From contig WQZC01000001.1 in NCBI GenBank assembly GCA_009780925.1, forward strand, positions 1 through 42,521: a DNA stretch of 42,521 bases. The letters run 5' to 3'. Positions within the stretch are counted from its first letter, which is position 1. Every line of letters starts with the position of its first letter. Under the pieces are notes generated by a model. The model had not been told where the DNA came from. It did no database searches and saw only the letters and a program-made list of their open reading frames with translations. Origin of the DNA: Actinomycetes bacterium (GTDB taxonomy: Bacteria > Actinomycetota > Actinomycetes > Mycobacteriales > Jatrophihabitantaceae). This document shows, piece by piece, positions 1 through 8,263 of the stretch. A program made the position numbers and the translations under genes.

Positions 1-2
1 CC

Positions 3-899
3 AACGCCGATGGCAGCTTCGCCAGCACAATAAATCCGGCCATACTCCCGACCGGCACATACAAGATTGCGATCGATGATCTCTCCTCACAGGGCACGGC
101 CGCGCTTGGTGGGGGCAACCGTAACTACCTGACTTTCGACGGCGGTTACCTCAAGCTCGCCGCCGACGGAGCATACACAATTACCACAAGTTTTTCTTCC
201 GGCACGTCATTCAACATCGATGCGGCGGGTACGGACCTTGGCACGATAAAGCTCGCCCCGTTCGTCACGCCAACCAGCAACCCGGCGGGCATCACCATAG
301 CATCGGGCAGCACTAATTTCTGCCCGAACTACTCGGTGAAACCGACGATTCCGAAGTTTGCGAGCGGTGTGACGGTCAAGGTGACCGCCTACTCGACGAC
401 GTCCTCCAAGTTCTCGTCCACCGGCACCGTGGCGAACCAGAAAGCGGTTTGGTCCACCTCCTACGCCGCCACCGGTGCCACCAAGACGGTGTCCTACACC
501 CCGCCATCGTCGCTAGCCGGCAAATACCTCGTGTTCGGGGTCACCGGCTCCAAGACGAATGCCACCAGCTGGACCGTCTTGTACAGCCCCCCGCTGAAGA
601 TTTACAACAACGTTTGTAAGGTGTCCACCGGTTGGGTCAAGGCATGGTCCAAGAAGAGCGGTGGCACCCTCAAAGCCGGCCGCAAGGTGGCGATCTCGGC
701 GACCACCTTCAAGCAGTCCGGAATGAAGGCAACCTACAAGTGGCTGGTGAACGGCAAAGCGGTCAAGAACGGCACCGGCCGCACACTGGCGCTCAAGTCC
801 ACCTGGGGCGGCAAGACGCTCAAGGTCCAGATCTCGGTCACCCGGGCCGGCAACAAGACGATCACCAAGACGATCACCCTGGGGAAGATCGCCTACTGA
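3..899 (+). CDS. Secreted surface protein, paralogue of the 1152..2315 product. 5'-partial: it runs off the window start.
   Basis: The frame of track ORF 336..899 stays open back to nt 3. My translation is NADGSFASTINPAILPTGTYKIAIDD...IKLAPFVTPTSNPAGITIASGSTNFCPNYSVKPTIPKFASGVTVKVTAY. This upstream part aligns with PGAYKIVVANLD...LSLAPFVRPSNNPASIALKSGGTSFCPNYTVKATLPAFPSGVTVKVTAY of the next gene. The C-terminal ~190 aa look roughly 70% identical by eye. The C-terminus has an Ig-like module (TLKAGRKVAISATTFKQSGMKATYKWLVNGKAVKNGTGRTLAL...GKTLKVQISVTRAG). Confidence 0.75.
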   Translation, partial: NADGSFASTINPAILPTGTYKIAIDDLSSQGTAALGGGNRNYLTFDGGYLKLAADGAYTITTSFSSGTSFNIDAAGTDLGTIKLAPFVTPTSNPAGITIASGSTNFCPNYSVKPTIPKFASGVTVKVTAYSTTSSKFSSTGTVANQKAVWSTSYAATGATKTVSYTPPSSLAGKYLVFGVTGSKTNATSWTVLYSPPLKIYNNVCKVSTGWVKAWSKKSGGTLKAGRKVAISATTFKQSGMKATYKWLVNGKAVKNGTGRTLALKSTWGGKTLKVQISVTRAGNKTITKTITLGKIAY

Positions 900-919
900 C
901 GCGACCACCACTTCCCACC

Positions 920-956
920 GGATGGGGGCGCGGGCCTTGTGCCCGCGCCCCCATCC
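920..956 (+). terminator. GC-rich hairpin downstream of the first paralogue (intrinsic-terminator-like, no U-tract)
   Basis: Perfect 16-bp inverted repeat ggatgggggcgcgggc / gcccgcgcccccatcc with a 5-nt loop cttgt. It begins 21 nt after the TGA at 897..899. Confidence 0.55.
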
Positions 957-1151
957 GTCATGTCAGCCCGGCACCGGCGTCAATCACATGTCGTGGCCTG
1001 ACCTGCATGGGACCCCGGCGATCGTGCTCGCCACGCGCGGGGGCAGTAGTCTCGGTGCCGCAGGCGACACTCGACCCCGGGTGTCGCCGCTTGGTGACGC
1101 TTCGACAATGGGTTTTCCTTGCGACTGGGGTCACCCAGGGAGGTATAGGTT

Positions 1152-2315
1152 ATGCGCCTGATCAAGACTGCGGTGGCGACCGCTGCCGTAGCGGCTCTCG
1201 CGTTAGGCGCTCTGGTCGGCGTCGCGAACGCCACTAGCGCCAACCCGCAAGTCTGGGCCACGCTCTTGGGCCCCACCAGCGCGCCGGTGCCGGACGCCTT
1301 CATCGGATTCTGCAACGCCGGTTGTCTTTCTGGCGCCGGCTCGCGCACCGCCGTTGACCTACCGTCCGTGACCGATTTCGGTTACACCAACACCAATGGC
1401 GTCCTCCCCTACCTGTTCCTGCACAGCGACACCAAGCCGACCGCGGTGCTCCGGCCGGGCGCGTACAAGATCGTGGTCGCCAACCTCGATCCCAACAACC
1501 CGGCGGTGAACGGCGGGGTCACCCCCAGCTACATCCAGCAGGGCACCGGATACCTGCAGCAGACTTCGACTGGCACCTTCGTGCTCACCAGCAACTTCGC
1601 TGCGGCGACCACGTTCACGGTCAACACGCCGACCGCCGACGCCCCCGACACCGACCTCGGCGAGCTGTCGCTGGCCCCCTTCGTCAGGCCCAGCAACAAT
1701 CCCGCGTCCATAGCGCTGAAGTCGGGCGGCACGAGTTTTTGCCCGAACTACACCGTGAAGGCGACGCTGCCGGCGTTCCCGAGCGGGGTCACGGTCAAGG
1801 TCACCGCCTATTCGACAACGTCGTCAACGCTGCCTAAGAACGGAATCCTCGCCAACCAGAAAGCGGTCTGGACCACCTCCTATGCCGCCACTGGCGCCGC
1901 CAAGGCCGTGACCTACACCCCGCCGTCGTCACTGGCCGACAAATACCTCGCCTTCGGGCTGACCGCCTCGCGGGCCAATACCACCAGCTGGACCGCGATC
2001 TGGAGCCCGCTGAAGCTGCGCGGCAACACCTGTCCGGTGGCCACGAGCTGGGTCAAGGCTTGGTCGAAGAAGAACGGCGGGAGCCTGCAAGCCGGCAAGA
2101 ACGTGTCGATCTCGGCGACCACGTTCAAACAGTCGGGCATGAAGGCCAAATACACCTGGCTGGTGAACGGCAAGTCGGTCAAATCTGGCGCTTCTCGGTC
2201 GCTGGCGCTGAACTGGGCTTGGGGCGGCCAGACGCTCAAGGTGAAAGTCACGGTCACCAGGGCGGGGAACAAGGCGCTCGCCAAGACCATCACCGTGGGC
2301 AAGATCGCTTACTAG
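1152..2315 (+). CDS. Secreted protein of unknown function with a C-terminal Ig-like module (full-length tandem paralogue)
   Basis: RBS-like agggagg lies upstream of the ATG. The N-terminus is a Sec signal peptide, MRLIKTAVATAAVAALALGALVGVANA|TSA. The C-terminal half is closely similar to 3..899. Confidence 0.8.
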   Translation: MRLIKTAVATAAVAALALGALVGVANATSANPQVWATLLGPTSAPVPDAFIGFCNAGCLSGAGSRTAVDLPSVTDFGYTNTNGVLPYLFLHSDTKPTAVLRPGAYKIVVANLDPNNPAVNGGVTPSYIQQGTGYLQQTSTGTFVLTSNFAAATTFTVNTPTADAPDTDLGELSLAPFVRPSNNPASIALKSGGTSFCPNYTVKATLPAFPSGVTVKVTAYSTTSSTLPKNGILANQKAVWTTSYAATGAAKAVTYTPPSSLADKYLAFGLTASRANTTSWTAIWSPLKLRGNTCPVATSWVKAWSKKNGGSLQAGKNVSISATTFKQSGMKAKYTWLVNGKSVKSGASRSLALNWAWGGQTLKVKVTVTRAGNKALAKTITVGKIAY

Positions 2316-2363
2316 CGCCCAACAACCGAGCTCGCGACGGGCGGGCGGTGGGCGCCCCGCCCT

Positions 2364-2419
2364 TCGTAGCCTGGTGGGCGCCCCGCCGGCGCGTATCGCC
2401 CGTCGTAGCCTGGTGGGCG
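2364..2419. repeat. Two copies of the 17-bp direct repeat tcgtagcctggtgggcg (2364..2380 and 2403..2419) just upstream of the ABC operon start
   Basis: Read directly from the sequence. The copies are exact, spaced 39 bp start to start, and the second ends 8 nt before the ATG at 2428. Confidence 0.6.
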
Positions 2420-2427
2420 TGCGAGCG

Positions 2428-3498
2428 ATGATCCTCAAGGAGTTCCGGGAGCTGTTCCGGGACCGGCGAACCCTGGCCATGCTCGTCGCGCTGCCGCTGC
2501 TGCTTCTGGTGATCTTCGGATACGCGGCGAACTTCTACGTCTCCTCGGCCAAGACCGCTTTGGTCGGCCCGGGCTCGGTGCGCGTGGCCGACCAATTGCC
2601 GCCGTACTTCCACGTCACCACCGCCGAGCCGGCGGCATCCGAGGCGCAGGCGCGCGACCTGATCCGCGACGGCAAGGCTGACGTCGCCATCGTGACCGGC
2701 GGCACCCAACCAGTCGCCCTCGTCGACGGGTCGAACCTGTTCGCCGCCCAGTCCGTGGTCGGCGCGCTCAACCGAGCCAACGCCAGCGGCGCCTCGATCA
2801 AGGTCGAGGTGCTCTACAACCCGGGGTTGAAGACCTCGTGGGTGATGGTCCCAGCGATCATCGGCCTCATCCTCACCTTCATCGGCACGATCATCACCAG
2901 CATCGGGCTGGTGCGCGAGCGCGAGGCCGGCACGCTGGAGCAACTGGCCGTGATGCCGATCCGCCCGGCCACCGTCATCCTCGGCAAGATCACGCCCTAC
3001 TTCCTGTTGGCCGCGCTGGACATGATCATCGTCACTGTGCTGGGGGTCGCGCTGTTCGGGGTGCCGTTCATCGGCAACATCGCCACTTTCGTGCTGGGCG
3101 CGGCGCTGTTCCTGTTCGTGGTGCTCGGGCTCGGCGTGTTGATCTCCACCCTCTCGCAAACCACCGGGCAGGCGATCCAGACCGCCTTCTTCTTCCTGCT
3201 GCCACAGATCCTGCTGTCTGGCATGATCTTCCCGCTCGACGCGATGGCGGCCGGGGTGCGCTGGATCGGCTACCTGCTGCCGCTCACCTACTTCGCGATC
3301 ATCTCCCGCGGCGTCATGCTGCGCGGCGCGCCAATCGCTTCCATGTGGTGGGCCTTCGTGGTGCTCGCCGCGATGGCGGTGGTGATCTTCGTCGGGGCGA
3401 CGTTGCGGTTCCGCCGCGACTTGGCCCCGGGCGGCGGAGGTCAAGTCGACGCGCCGCTCGCTGCCGACCCAGAACCAACGCCGGATCCCGCGCCATGA
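2428..3498 (+). CDS. ABC-2 type transporter permease
   Basis: The N-terminus MILKEFRELFRDRRTLAMLVALPLLLLVIFGYA is typical of ABC-2 permeases. It has a large extracytoplasmic loop followed by multiple TM helices. I prefer the ATG at 2428 to the track start at 2374. Its stop overlaps the next ATG (ATGA at 3495..3498). Confidence 0.85.
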   Translation: MILKEFRELFRDRRTLAMLVALPLLLLVIFGYAANFYVSSAKTALVGPGSVRVADQLPPYFHVTTAEPAASEAQARDLIRDGKADVAIVTGGTQPVALVDGSNLFAAQSVVGALNRANASGASIKVEVLYNPGLKTSWVMVPAIIGLILTFIGTIITSIGLVREREAGTLEQLAVMPIRPATVILGKITPYFLLAALDMIIVTVLGVALFGVPFIGNIATFVLGAALFLFVVLGLGVLISTLSQTTGQAIQTAFFFLLPQILLSGMIFPLDAMAAGVRWIGYLLPLTYFAIISRGVMLRGAPIASMWWAFVVLAAMAVVIFVGATLRFRRDLAPGGGGQVDAPLAADPEPTPDPAP

Positions 3499-4334
3499 CC
3501 CCGTTCGGCGCGTGCGCGCTGAGCGTGCGGTTCGGCTTGGTGCGCGCGCTCACCGAAGTCACCGTAGAGGTACCGGTGGGTGCCGTGGTCTCGGTGGTTG
3601 GCGGCGACGGCGCGGGCAAGACCACGTTGCTGCGGGCGCTGGTGCGCGAGCTGCGACCGGACGCCGGAACGGTCCGCGCGCCAGGCAAACGTGATATCGG
3701 GTTCCTGCCCGCCTCCGCCGGCAGCTGGTCAGCGCTGACCGTGGCCCAGAACTTCGACTTCGCGGCGGGAGCGTACGGGCTGTCCGGTCCCGCGCTAGCC
3801 ACCCGCCGCGACGAGTTGCTCGCCCGCGCCGGACTGACCGAGGCGGCGCATCGGCTCGCGTCGCAGCTGTCCGGCGGGATGCGCCGCAAACTCGGGTTCT
3901 GCATGGCCATCGCTCACCGGCCCGCGCTGCTCGTTCTGGACGAGCCGAGCACCGGGGTGGATCCGGTCAGCCGAATCGACCTGTGGCGGCTGATCTCCGA
4001 GGCCGCCGCCGGCGGCGCCGCCGTGATCATGTCCACCACCTACTTGGACGAGGCGGAACGGGCCGGCCAACTGCTCGCACTCGACGCCGGGCGGGTGCTG
4101 GCGCGCGGCTCCTACGACCAGGTGCGGTCCGACTTTCCCGGCACGGTCACCAACGCGGCACGGGCCACCCGCCCGGAATGGTCCTGGCGGCGCGGTCGCG
4201 CACGACGCGAGTACTGGCCAGATGGCGCGCCACCAGCGGGCCTCGCGGTGGTCGATCCCGATCTGGAGGACATCGTTATCGCGCTCTCGCTGCGCCGGCG
4301 GGCCGAGGCTGTCGCCCATGGAGCGGAGCGGTGA
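3495..4334 (+). CDS. ABC transporter ATP-binding protein (NBD1), with a non-canonical H-loop
   Basis: Walker A GGDGAGKTT, signature LSGGMRRK and Walker B LLVLDEPSTGVD are present. STTYLDEAE occupies the position where STH.LdEAe is expected. The start is the ATGA overlap with the permease stop. The track ORF 2838..4334 is an over-extension in the permease shadow frame. Confidence 0.85.
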   Translation: MTPFGACALSVRFGLVRALTEVTVEVPVGAVVSVVGGDGAGKTTLLRALVRELRPDAGTVRAPGKRDIGFLPASAGSWSALTVAQNFDFAAGAYGLSGPALATRRDELLARAGLTEAAHRLASQLSGGMRRKLGFCMAIAHRPALLVLDEPSTGVDPVSRIDLWRLISEAAAGGAAVIMSTTYLDEAERAGQLLALDAGRVLARGSYDQVRSDFPGTVTNAARATRPEWSWRRGRARREYWPDGAPPAGLAVVDPDLEDIVIALSLRRRAEAVAHGAER

Positions 4335-5227
4335 GCGCCGGAGCGCGCGGTGGCGGAGCGACGGCCCCTGCCGATGTCGCAGCGCTGCGCGCGCGGGCGG
4401 TGACGCGCCGGTTTGGCTCGTTCATCGCCGTCGAGGACGTGACCATGCGTGTCGCGCCCGGCGAGATCGTCGGTCTGCTGGGCGCGAACGGCGCCGGCAA
4501 GACCACGCTGATCCGCATGCTGCTCGGACTGCTCGCGACCAGCTCCGGTGAGATCCAGGTGCTGGGCGGGCGACCCGACCGCTCCCGTCGGCGCCGGCTG
4601 GGGTACGTCCCGCAAAACCTCGGCCTGTACCGCGACCTCACCATCGCCGAGAACCTCGCGTTCATCGCCGGCGTCTACGGGGTGCCGGCGCCGCGGCCGC
4701 CCGACGACCTGCTGCCATTCGCCGACGCGCAGATCCGCTCGCTGTCGCTGGGCATCGCGCGGCGCGCCGCGTTCGTCGCCGCGCTCGCCCATCAGCCACA
4801 AGTGCTGTTGGCGGACGAGCCCACCTCGGGCGTGGACGCGCTGACCAGCGCCGGGCTGTGGGACACCATCCACGACCAGGCCGACCGCGACGTCGCGGTG
4901 CTGGTCACCACCCACAACATGCAAGAGGCCCATCAGTGCGACCGCCTCCTGTTAATGGCTGGCGGCCGACTGGTCGCGCAGGGCAGCGTCCGCGACATCG
5001 TCGGCGACACCGCCGCGTCGGCAGTGCGCACCGACGATTGGTCCGCCGCTTTCGCGGCCTTGAACGCCGCCGGGATCCCGGTGATGCTCGACGGCCGCGC
5101 GGTGCGGGTCGCGGACACCGCGCCAGAAGCGGTGGAGCGGGTGTTGCGCGCCGCCGGGATCCGGGCCAGCGTCGAGCCGGTGCCCGCCACGATCGAGGAA
5201 CGGATGCTGGTCCTGGCCCGATCCTGA
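4331..5227 (+). CDS. ABC transporter ATP-binding protein (NBD2), with a degenerate signature motif
   Basis: Walker A GANGAGKTT, Walker B VLLADEPTSGVD and H-loop TTHNMQEA are present. The signature position reads LSLGIARR instead of LSGGQ. The GTG start overlaps the upstream stop (GTGA at 4331..4334). Confidence 0.8.
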   Translation: MSAGARGGGATAPADVAALRARAVTRRFGSFIAVEDVTMRVAPGEIVGLLGANGAGKTTLIRMLLGLLATSSGEIQVLGGRPDRSRRRRLGYVPQNLGLYRDLTIAENLAFIAGVYGVPAPRPPDDLLPFADAQIRSLSLGIARRAAFVAALAHQPQVLLADEPTSGVDALTSAGLWDTIHDQADRDVAVLVTTHNMQEAHQCDRLLLMAGGRLVAQGSVRDIVGDTAASAVRTDDWSAAFAALNAAGIPVMLDGRAVRVADTAPEAVERVLRAAGIRASVEPVPATIEERMLVLARS

Positions 5228-5253
5228 TGATCTCGATCGGCGCGCGACCGGCT

Positions 5254-5284
5254 CCGATCACCGATCACCGATCACCGATCACCG
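5254..5284. repeat. Heptanucleotide tandem repeat (ccgatca) x4 plus a partial copy, between convergent genes
   Basis: Read directly: ccgatcaccgatcaccgatcaccgatcaccg. The last full unit supplies the stop codon (tca at 5279..5281) of the minus-strand DUF1697 gene. Confidence 0.9.
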
Positions 5285-5860
5285 GTCGAGGATGGCTTCG
5301 ATCTTCCGTAGCGTGTTCCAGTTCCGCGCCGTCGCTCGCACCTTCAGCCGCCGCTCAACGAATGGGACCACGGCGGGCGCGGCGAGAATCCCGTCCGGGC
5401 ACCACTGATAGATGACTCGGTCGGCGCGGGCGATCCGTTCGGGGTCCAACGCCACCGGATCGTGGCGGGCCAGCAGCTCGGGATCCGGATCGGCGCTGAG
5501 GAAGATACCTTGCATCTTTCGACCGTCGGTGACCAACGCAGCGAGCGGGTTGGCGGCGAGCGCGGCGCGCAGCTCGCCCTCGGTGCGCGTCAGGCAAGAC
5601 ACCGACAAGCCGAATCGCGCGAGAATCGCCGCCCCGACCGCCGCGTCGAGATCAACGGGGTTGATCGGCTCGGCCACGCGGAACGCCACATTGCCGCTCT
5701 GCCCCACGGTTCGCACGTCCCGCAAACCCATCGCGCCCAACATCTCGCGCAGGCCGGCCATCGGCAGGACGGCTCTCCCCCCGACGTTGACCCCGCGGAT
5801 CAGCGTGACGAACTGAGCGCTCAGCGCCGCGCTGACCCCACAAGCACGATCCACGGCCAC
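5279..5860 (-). CDS. DUF1697 domain protein
   Basis: FVTLIRGVNVGGRAVLPMAGLREMLGAMGLRDVRTVGQSGNVAF matches the characteristic DUF1697 N-terminal block (LLRGINVGG...). The GTG start is uncertain. Confidence 0.7.
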   Translation of the reverse strand: MAVDRACGVSAALSAQFVTLIRGVNVGGRAVLPMAGLREMLGAMGLRDVRTVGQSGNVAFRVAEPINPVDLDAAVGAAILARFGLSVSCLTRTEGELRAALAANPLAALVTDGRKMQGIFLSADPDPELLARHDPVALDPERIARADRVIYQWCPDGILAAPAVVPFVERRLKVRATARNWNTLRKIEAILDR

Positions 5861-5891
5861 CGCGTCCCACCCTCCCTGGTCGAGGGCGCGC

Positions 5892-6719
5892 CTAGTTGAA
5901 CTTGGGGCTGTCCAGGCAGCCGCCGCCGGTCTGACTCACCGAGCCCCCGCCGCCACCGCCTTGGGCCGGCGGGTTCTGCGGCGGAGCGGGCGCCGCTGGG
6001 GGCGGCGCCGTGGTGGTGGGCTTCTTGGTGGCGCGCTGCTTGGCCGCGTCGGCGTCCGCCTGCGCCTTCATCGCCTTCTCCGCCTGCAGCGTCGTCACGG
6101 TCGCGCCGCTGTCGGTGTAGGACAGATACGGCACCGAACTGGCCGCGTCCCACATCACTTGCGCGGTCGTCAGGCTGGACAAATCAAGGGAATAAAGCAC
6201 CGCCGTCGATGGGCGCCCGGCCAGAGCTATCCGAATGTCGTACTGTGGTTTCAGCGCGAAATTGTTGCCATTGGCCGCCGAAGTCGCCTTCGCGGGATCG
6301 ATCGCCGGATAGATGATCGTCGCGGTCACGTCTTGCGCCCAATTCACCTTGGCGGCCAACTCAGTCCATTTCGTGGTGCCGGTGCCGCGGATGCTGACCG
6401 CCTTGATCACCTTGCCGGTGGCATTGTCCAACTGGACCGTCTGGGACCCCGCGCTCGCCCGGCCGATAGTAAGCGCCGGCGCCGGCGCGGCCGAGCTCAC
6501 GTTCGCCGGGCTGCCCGCCATGGCCCCAGAGCTGGTTGATGCCGGGCTCTCCAAGGTGGTCGCGCCTGGGGTCGGCGCCGCGGTCGCGCCCGGGCTCGCG
6601 ACCGCGGTCGCGGTGGCCGCGCTGTGGCCGCCACCAGATCCGCACCCCGCCAACATGGCCAGCGCCAGCGCCGCGCCGGACACCACCAGCGGCCCCGCGA
6701 CCTTCTGGAACAACGTCAT
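5892..6719 (-). CDS. Lipoprotein of unknown function, last gene of the MBOAT operon
   Basis: The signal is MTLFQKVAGPLVVSGAALALAMLAGC|GSGGG, with lipobox LAGC. A GAGGAG RBS lies ~7 nt upstream of the ATG at 6719, while the track start at 6785 overlaps the upstream gene. It has a Pro/Ala/Gly-rich C-terminus. Confidence 0.7.
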   Translation of the reverse strand: MTLFQKVAGPLVVSGAALALAMLAGCGSGGGHSAATATAVASPGATAAPTPGATTLESPASTSSGAMAGSPANVSSAAPAPALTIGRASAGSQTVQLDNATGKVIKAVSIRGTGTTKWTELAAKVNWAQDVTATIIYPAIDPAKATSAANGNNFALKPQYDIRIALAGRPSTAVLYSLDLSSLTTAQVMWDAASSVPYLSYTDSGATVTTLQAEKAMKAQADADAAKQRATKKPTTTAPPPAAPAPPQNPPAQGGGGGGSVSQTGGGCLDSPKFN

Positions 6720-6744
6720 CGTCATGCTCCTCGCGCTATCGAAC

Positions 6745-8262
6745 CTACTTGAAAGCTTCCTGGGCAACTCTGACCAGTTGTCCACCGTTCATCACATAAA
6801 TGTTCACCGTCGCGACATCCGACGCCACCGAGTCCGACAAGAAGAATGCCTGATAGCCATTGTCGCCACCGTTTTCCGCAGTGACGCCAAACGCCTCATA
6901 CAGGTCCTCGCCGCTCGGTGACTGCAAACCTACCAGGACCCTCGTGCCGGTCGCGATCAGCCTCGGGTCGATCACGCCGGAAATGCTGATCAGTGGGCCG
7001 TTCACGGTTTGCTCCACGGTGCAGTCGGCGCAGCCGAGGGGCCTGGCCACCGCGCCCGCGGCGCTCCGCTCGACCCGGGGCGCCGGAAGGTATGGCGGCT
7101 GGTAGGCCAATTGATACAGGTGGCGCTCGGCTATCTCAACGATCACTGCGGTGGCGCGAACGTCGCCGATCTGCATCGCGTTGTACGGCACCAGCTTCGT
7201 GAAGGTGGCTTGCGCCGCCTCGGTCGCGAAGTACGGCACCAGCGCGTTGCCGAACGAGTCGCGGAACACCAGCAGCGAGCCCGTCGCCGACGCGTTCTCG
7301 CTCGCCGTAGATACCAAGTCGTCGTCCACCGCGCTCGCCTGGCCCGTGTACCGCCACGCGCTGCCGCTGGTACCCGGGCCATCGTTCACCCCGGGGTAGT
7401 ACCACTGCTGCTCAAGGTCGGGCCCGACCGGATACAGCATCGCCTCCAAGTCGCCCAGGAAGTCGCGCCGCGCCGTCCATGCCACCGGCGCCGGCAGCGA
7501 CTTGACGCCCACCGCCTGGCTCAGCAAGTTGCCCCCGATCAGCGCCCCTCTGTTGTTCCAATGCGAATCCGTCCTGAGGTACATCGCGGCGGCGCCACCA
7601 TTTTGTTCGGCGGTCATCGGGGCGAACAAGTCGGTGTACGACACACCGGCGCTCCTCAGGTATGGGATCAAGCGTTCGGCGTTGGTCTCATCGGGCGAGC
7701 GCGGGTACCGACTCGGCATGTCCCGCGGCCACACCGACGCCTTGTTGGGCGCGATGGTGAAAGTGAAAGCCGCGCCCTGGCTCTCCGCATATGACTGCAT
7801 GAGCGCGAGGTTGTGGGCGATATTTGACAGCGCGCGCTCGGACAGCGGCGCCGTCCCCACATAGTCCGCCAAGTCTCCGTCGTAGTAGAGCCAGCCATCC
7901 TTCCCCAACACCACCTGATCCGTCACCGAGACCCCGAAGAGCGCCCCCTGTATGCGCGCCTGGGCCGAGATCATCGCGTTTCGTCCAGCGAAGTGGCCCT
8001 CGAACCAGCTCCCCGCCTGGCCGAGCACATGATTGTTGACACCCTTCGAGGTGACCAGCTTCGGAAACGTGGTCTCGTCACTCGCCTGAGTCGCCGTGCT
8101 CCGGTGCCCGAAGGTCGCCACAAAAGGGGTGAGCAGCCCCGCCAAGGCCACGACTAGAAAGACCGTTTGCACGACTGAGAGCCCGCTCCGCCGCGCTGCC
8201 GCGCCCTTCCCCATCGCTCCCTCGCTAGGAGCGCGCATTTCCGTCTCTTCCGCATCGGCCAT
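6745..8262 (-). CDS. AlgJ/AlgX-like (DHHW/SGNH-like) polysaccharide O-acetyltransferase partner protein
   Basis: It has an N-terminal TM anchor (SGLSVVQTVFLVVALAGLLTPFVATFG). The motif YLRTDSHWNNRGA resembles the (T)D(T/S)HW block of AlgJ/AlgX-type proteins. It sits immediately downstream of an MBOAT gene, with its ATG at 8262 one nt after the MBOAT stop. Confidence 0.7.
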   Translation of the reverse strand: MADAEETEMRAPSEGAMGKGAAARRSGLSVVQTVFLVVALAGLLTPFVATFGHRSTATQASDETTFPKLVTSKGVNNHVLGQAGSWFEGHFAGRNAMISAQARIQGALFGVSVTDQVVLGKDGWLYYDGDLADYVGTAPLSERALSNIAHNLALMQSYAESQGAAFTFTIAPNKASVWPRDMPSRYPRSPDETNAERLIPYLRSAGVSYTDLFAPMTAEQNGGAAAMYLRTDSHWNNRGALIGGNLLSQAVGVKSLPAPVAWTARRDFLGDLEAMLYPVGPDLEQQWYYPGVNDGPGTSGSAWRYTGQASAVDDDLVSTASENASATGSLLVFRDSFGNALVPYFATEAAQATFTKLVPYNAMQIGDVRATAVIVEIAERHLYQLAYQPPYLPAPRVERSAAGAVARPLGCADCTVEQTVNGPLISISGVIDPRLIATGTRVLVGLQSPSGEDLYEAFGVTAENGGDNGYQAFFLSDSVASDVATVNIYVMNGGQLVRVAQEAFK

Positions 8263-8263
8263 G

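Noticed and set aside
2838-4334. 498-aa version of the first ABC ATPase (track ORF), and the 414-aa version of the second (3983..5227)
   Set aside because: The N-terminal extensions run through the preceding genes in another frame and are Arg/His-rich nonsense. ATGA and GTGA stop-start overlaps at 3495 and 4331 give proteins of normal NBD length.
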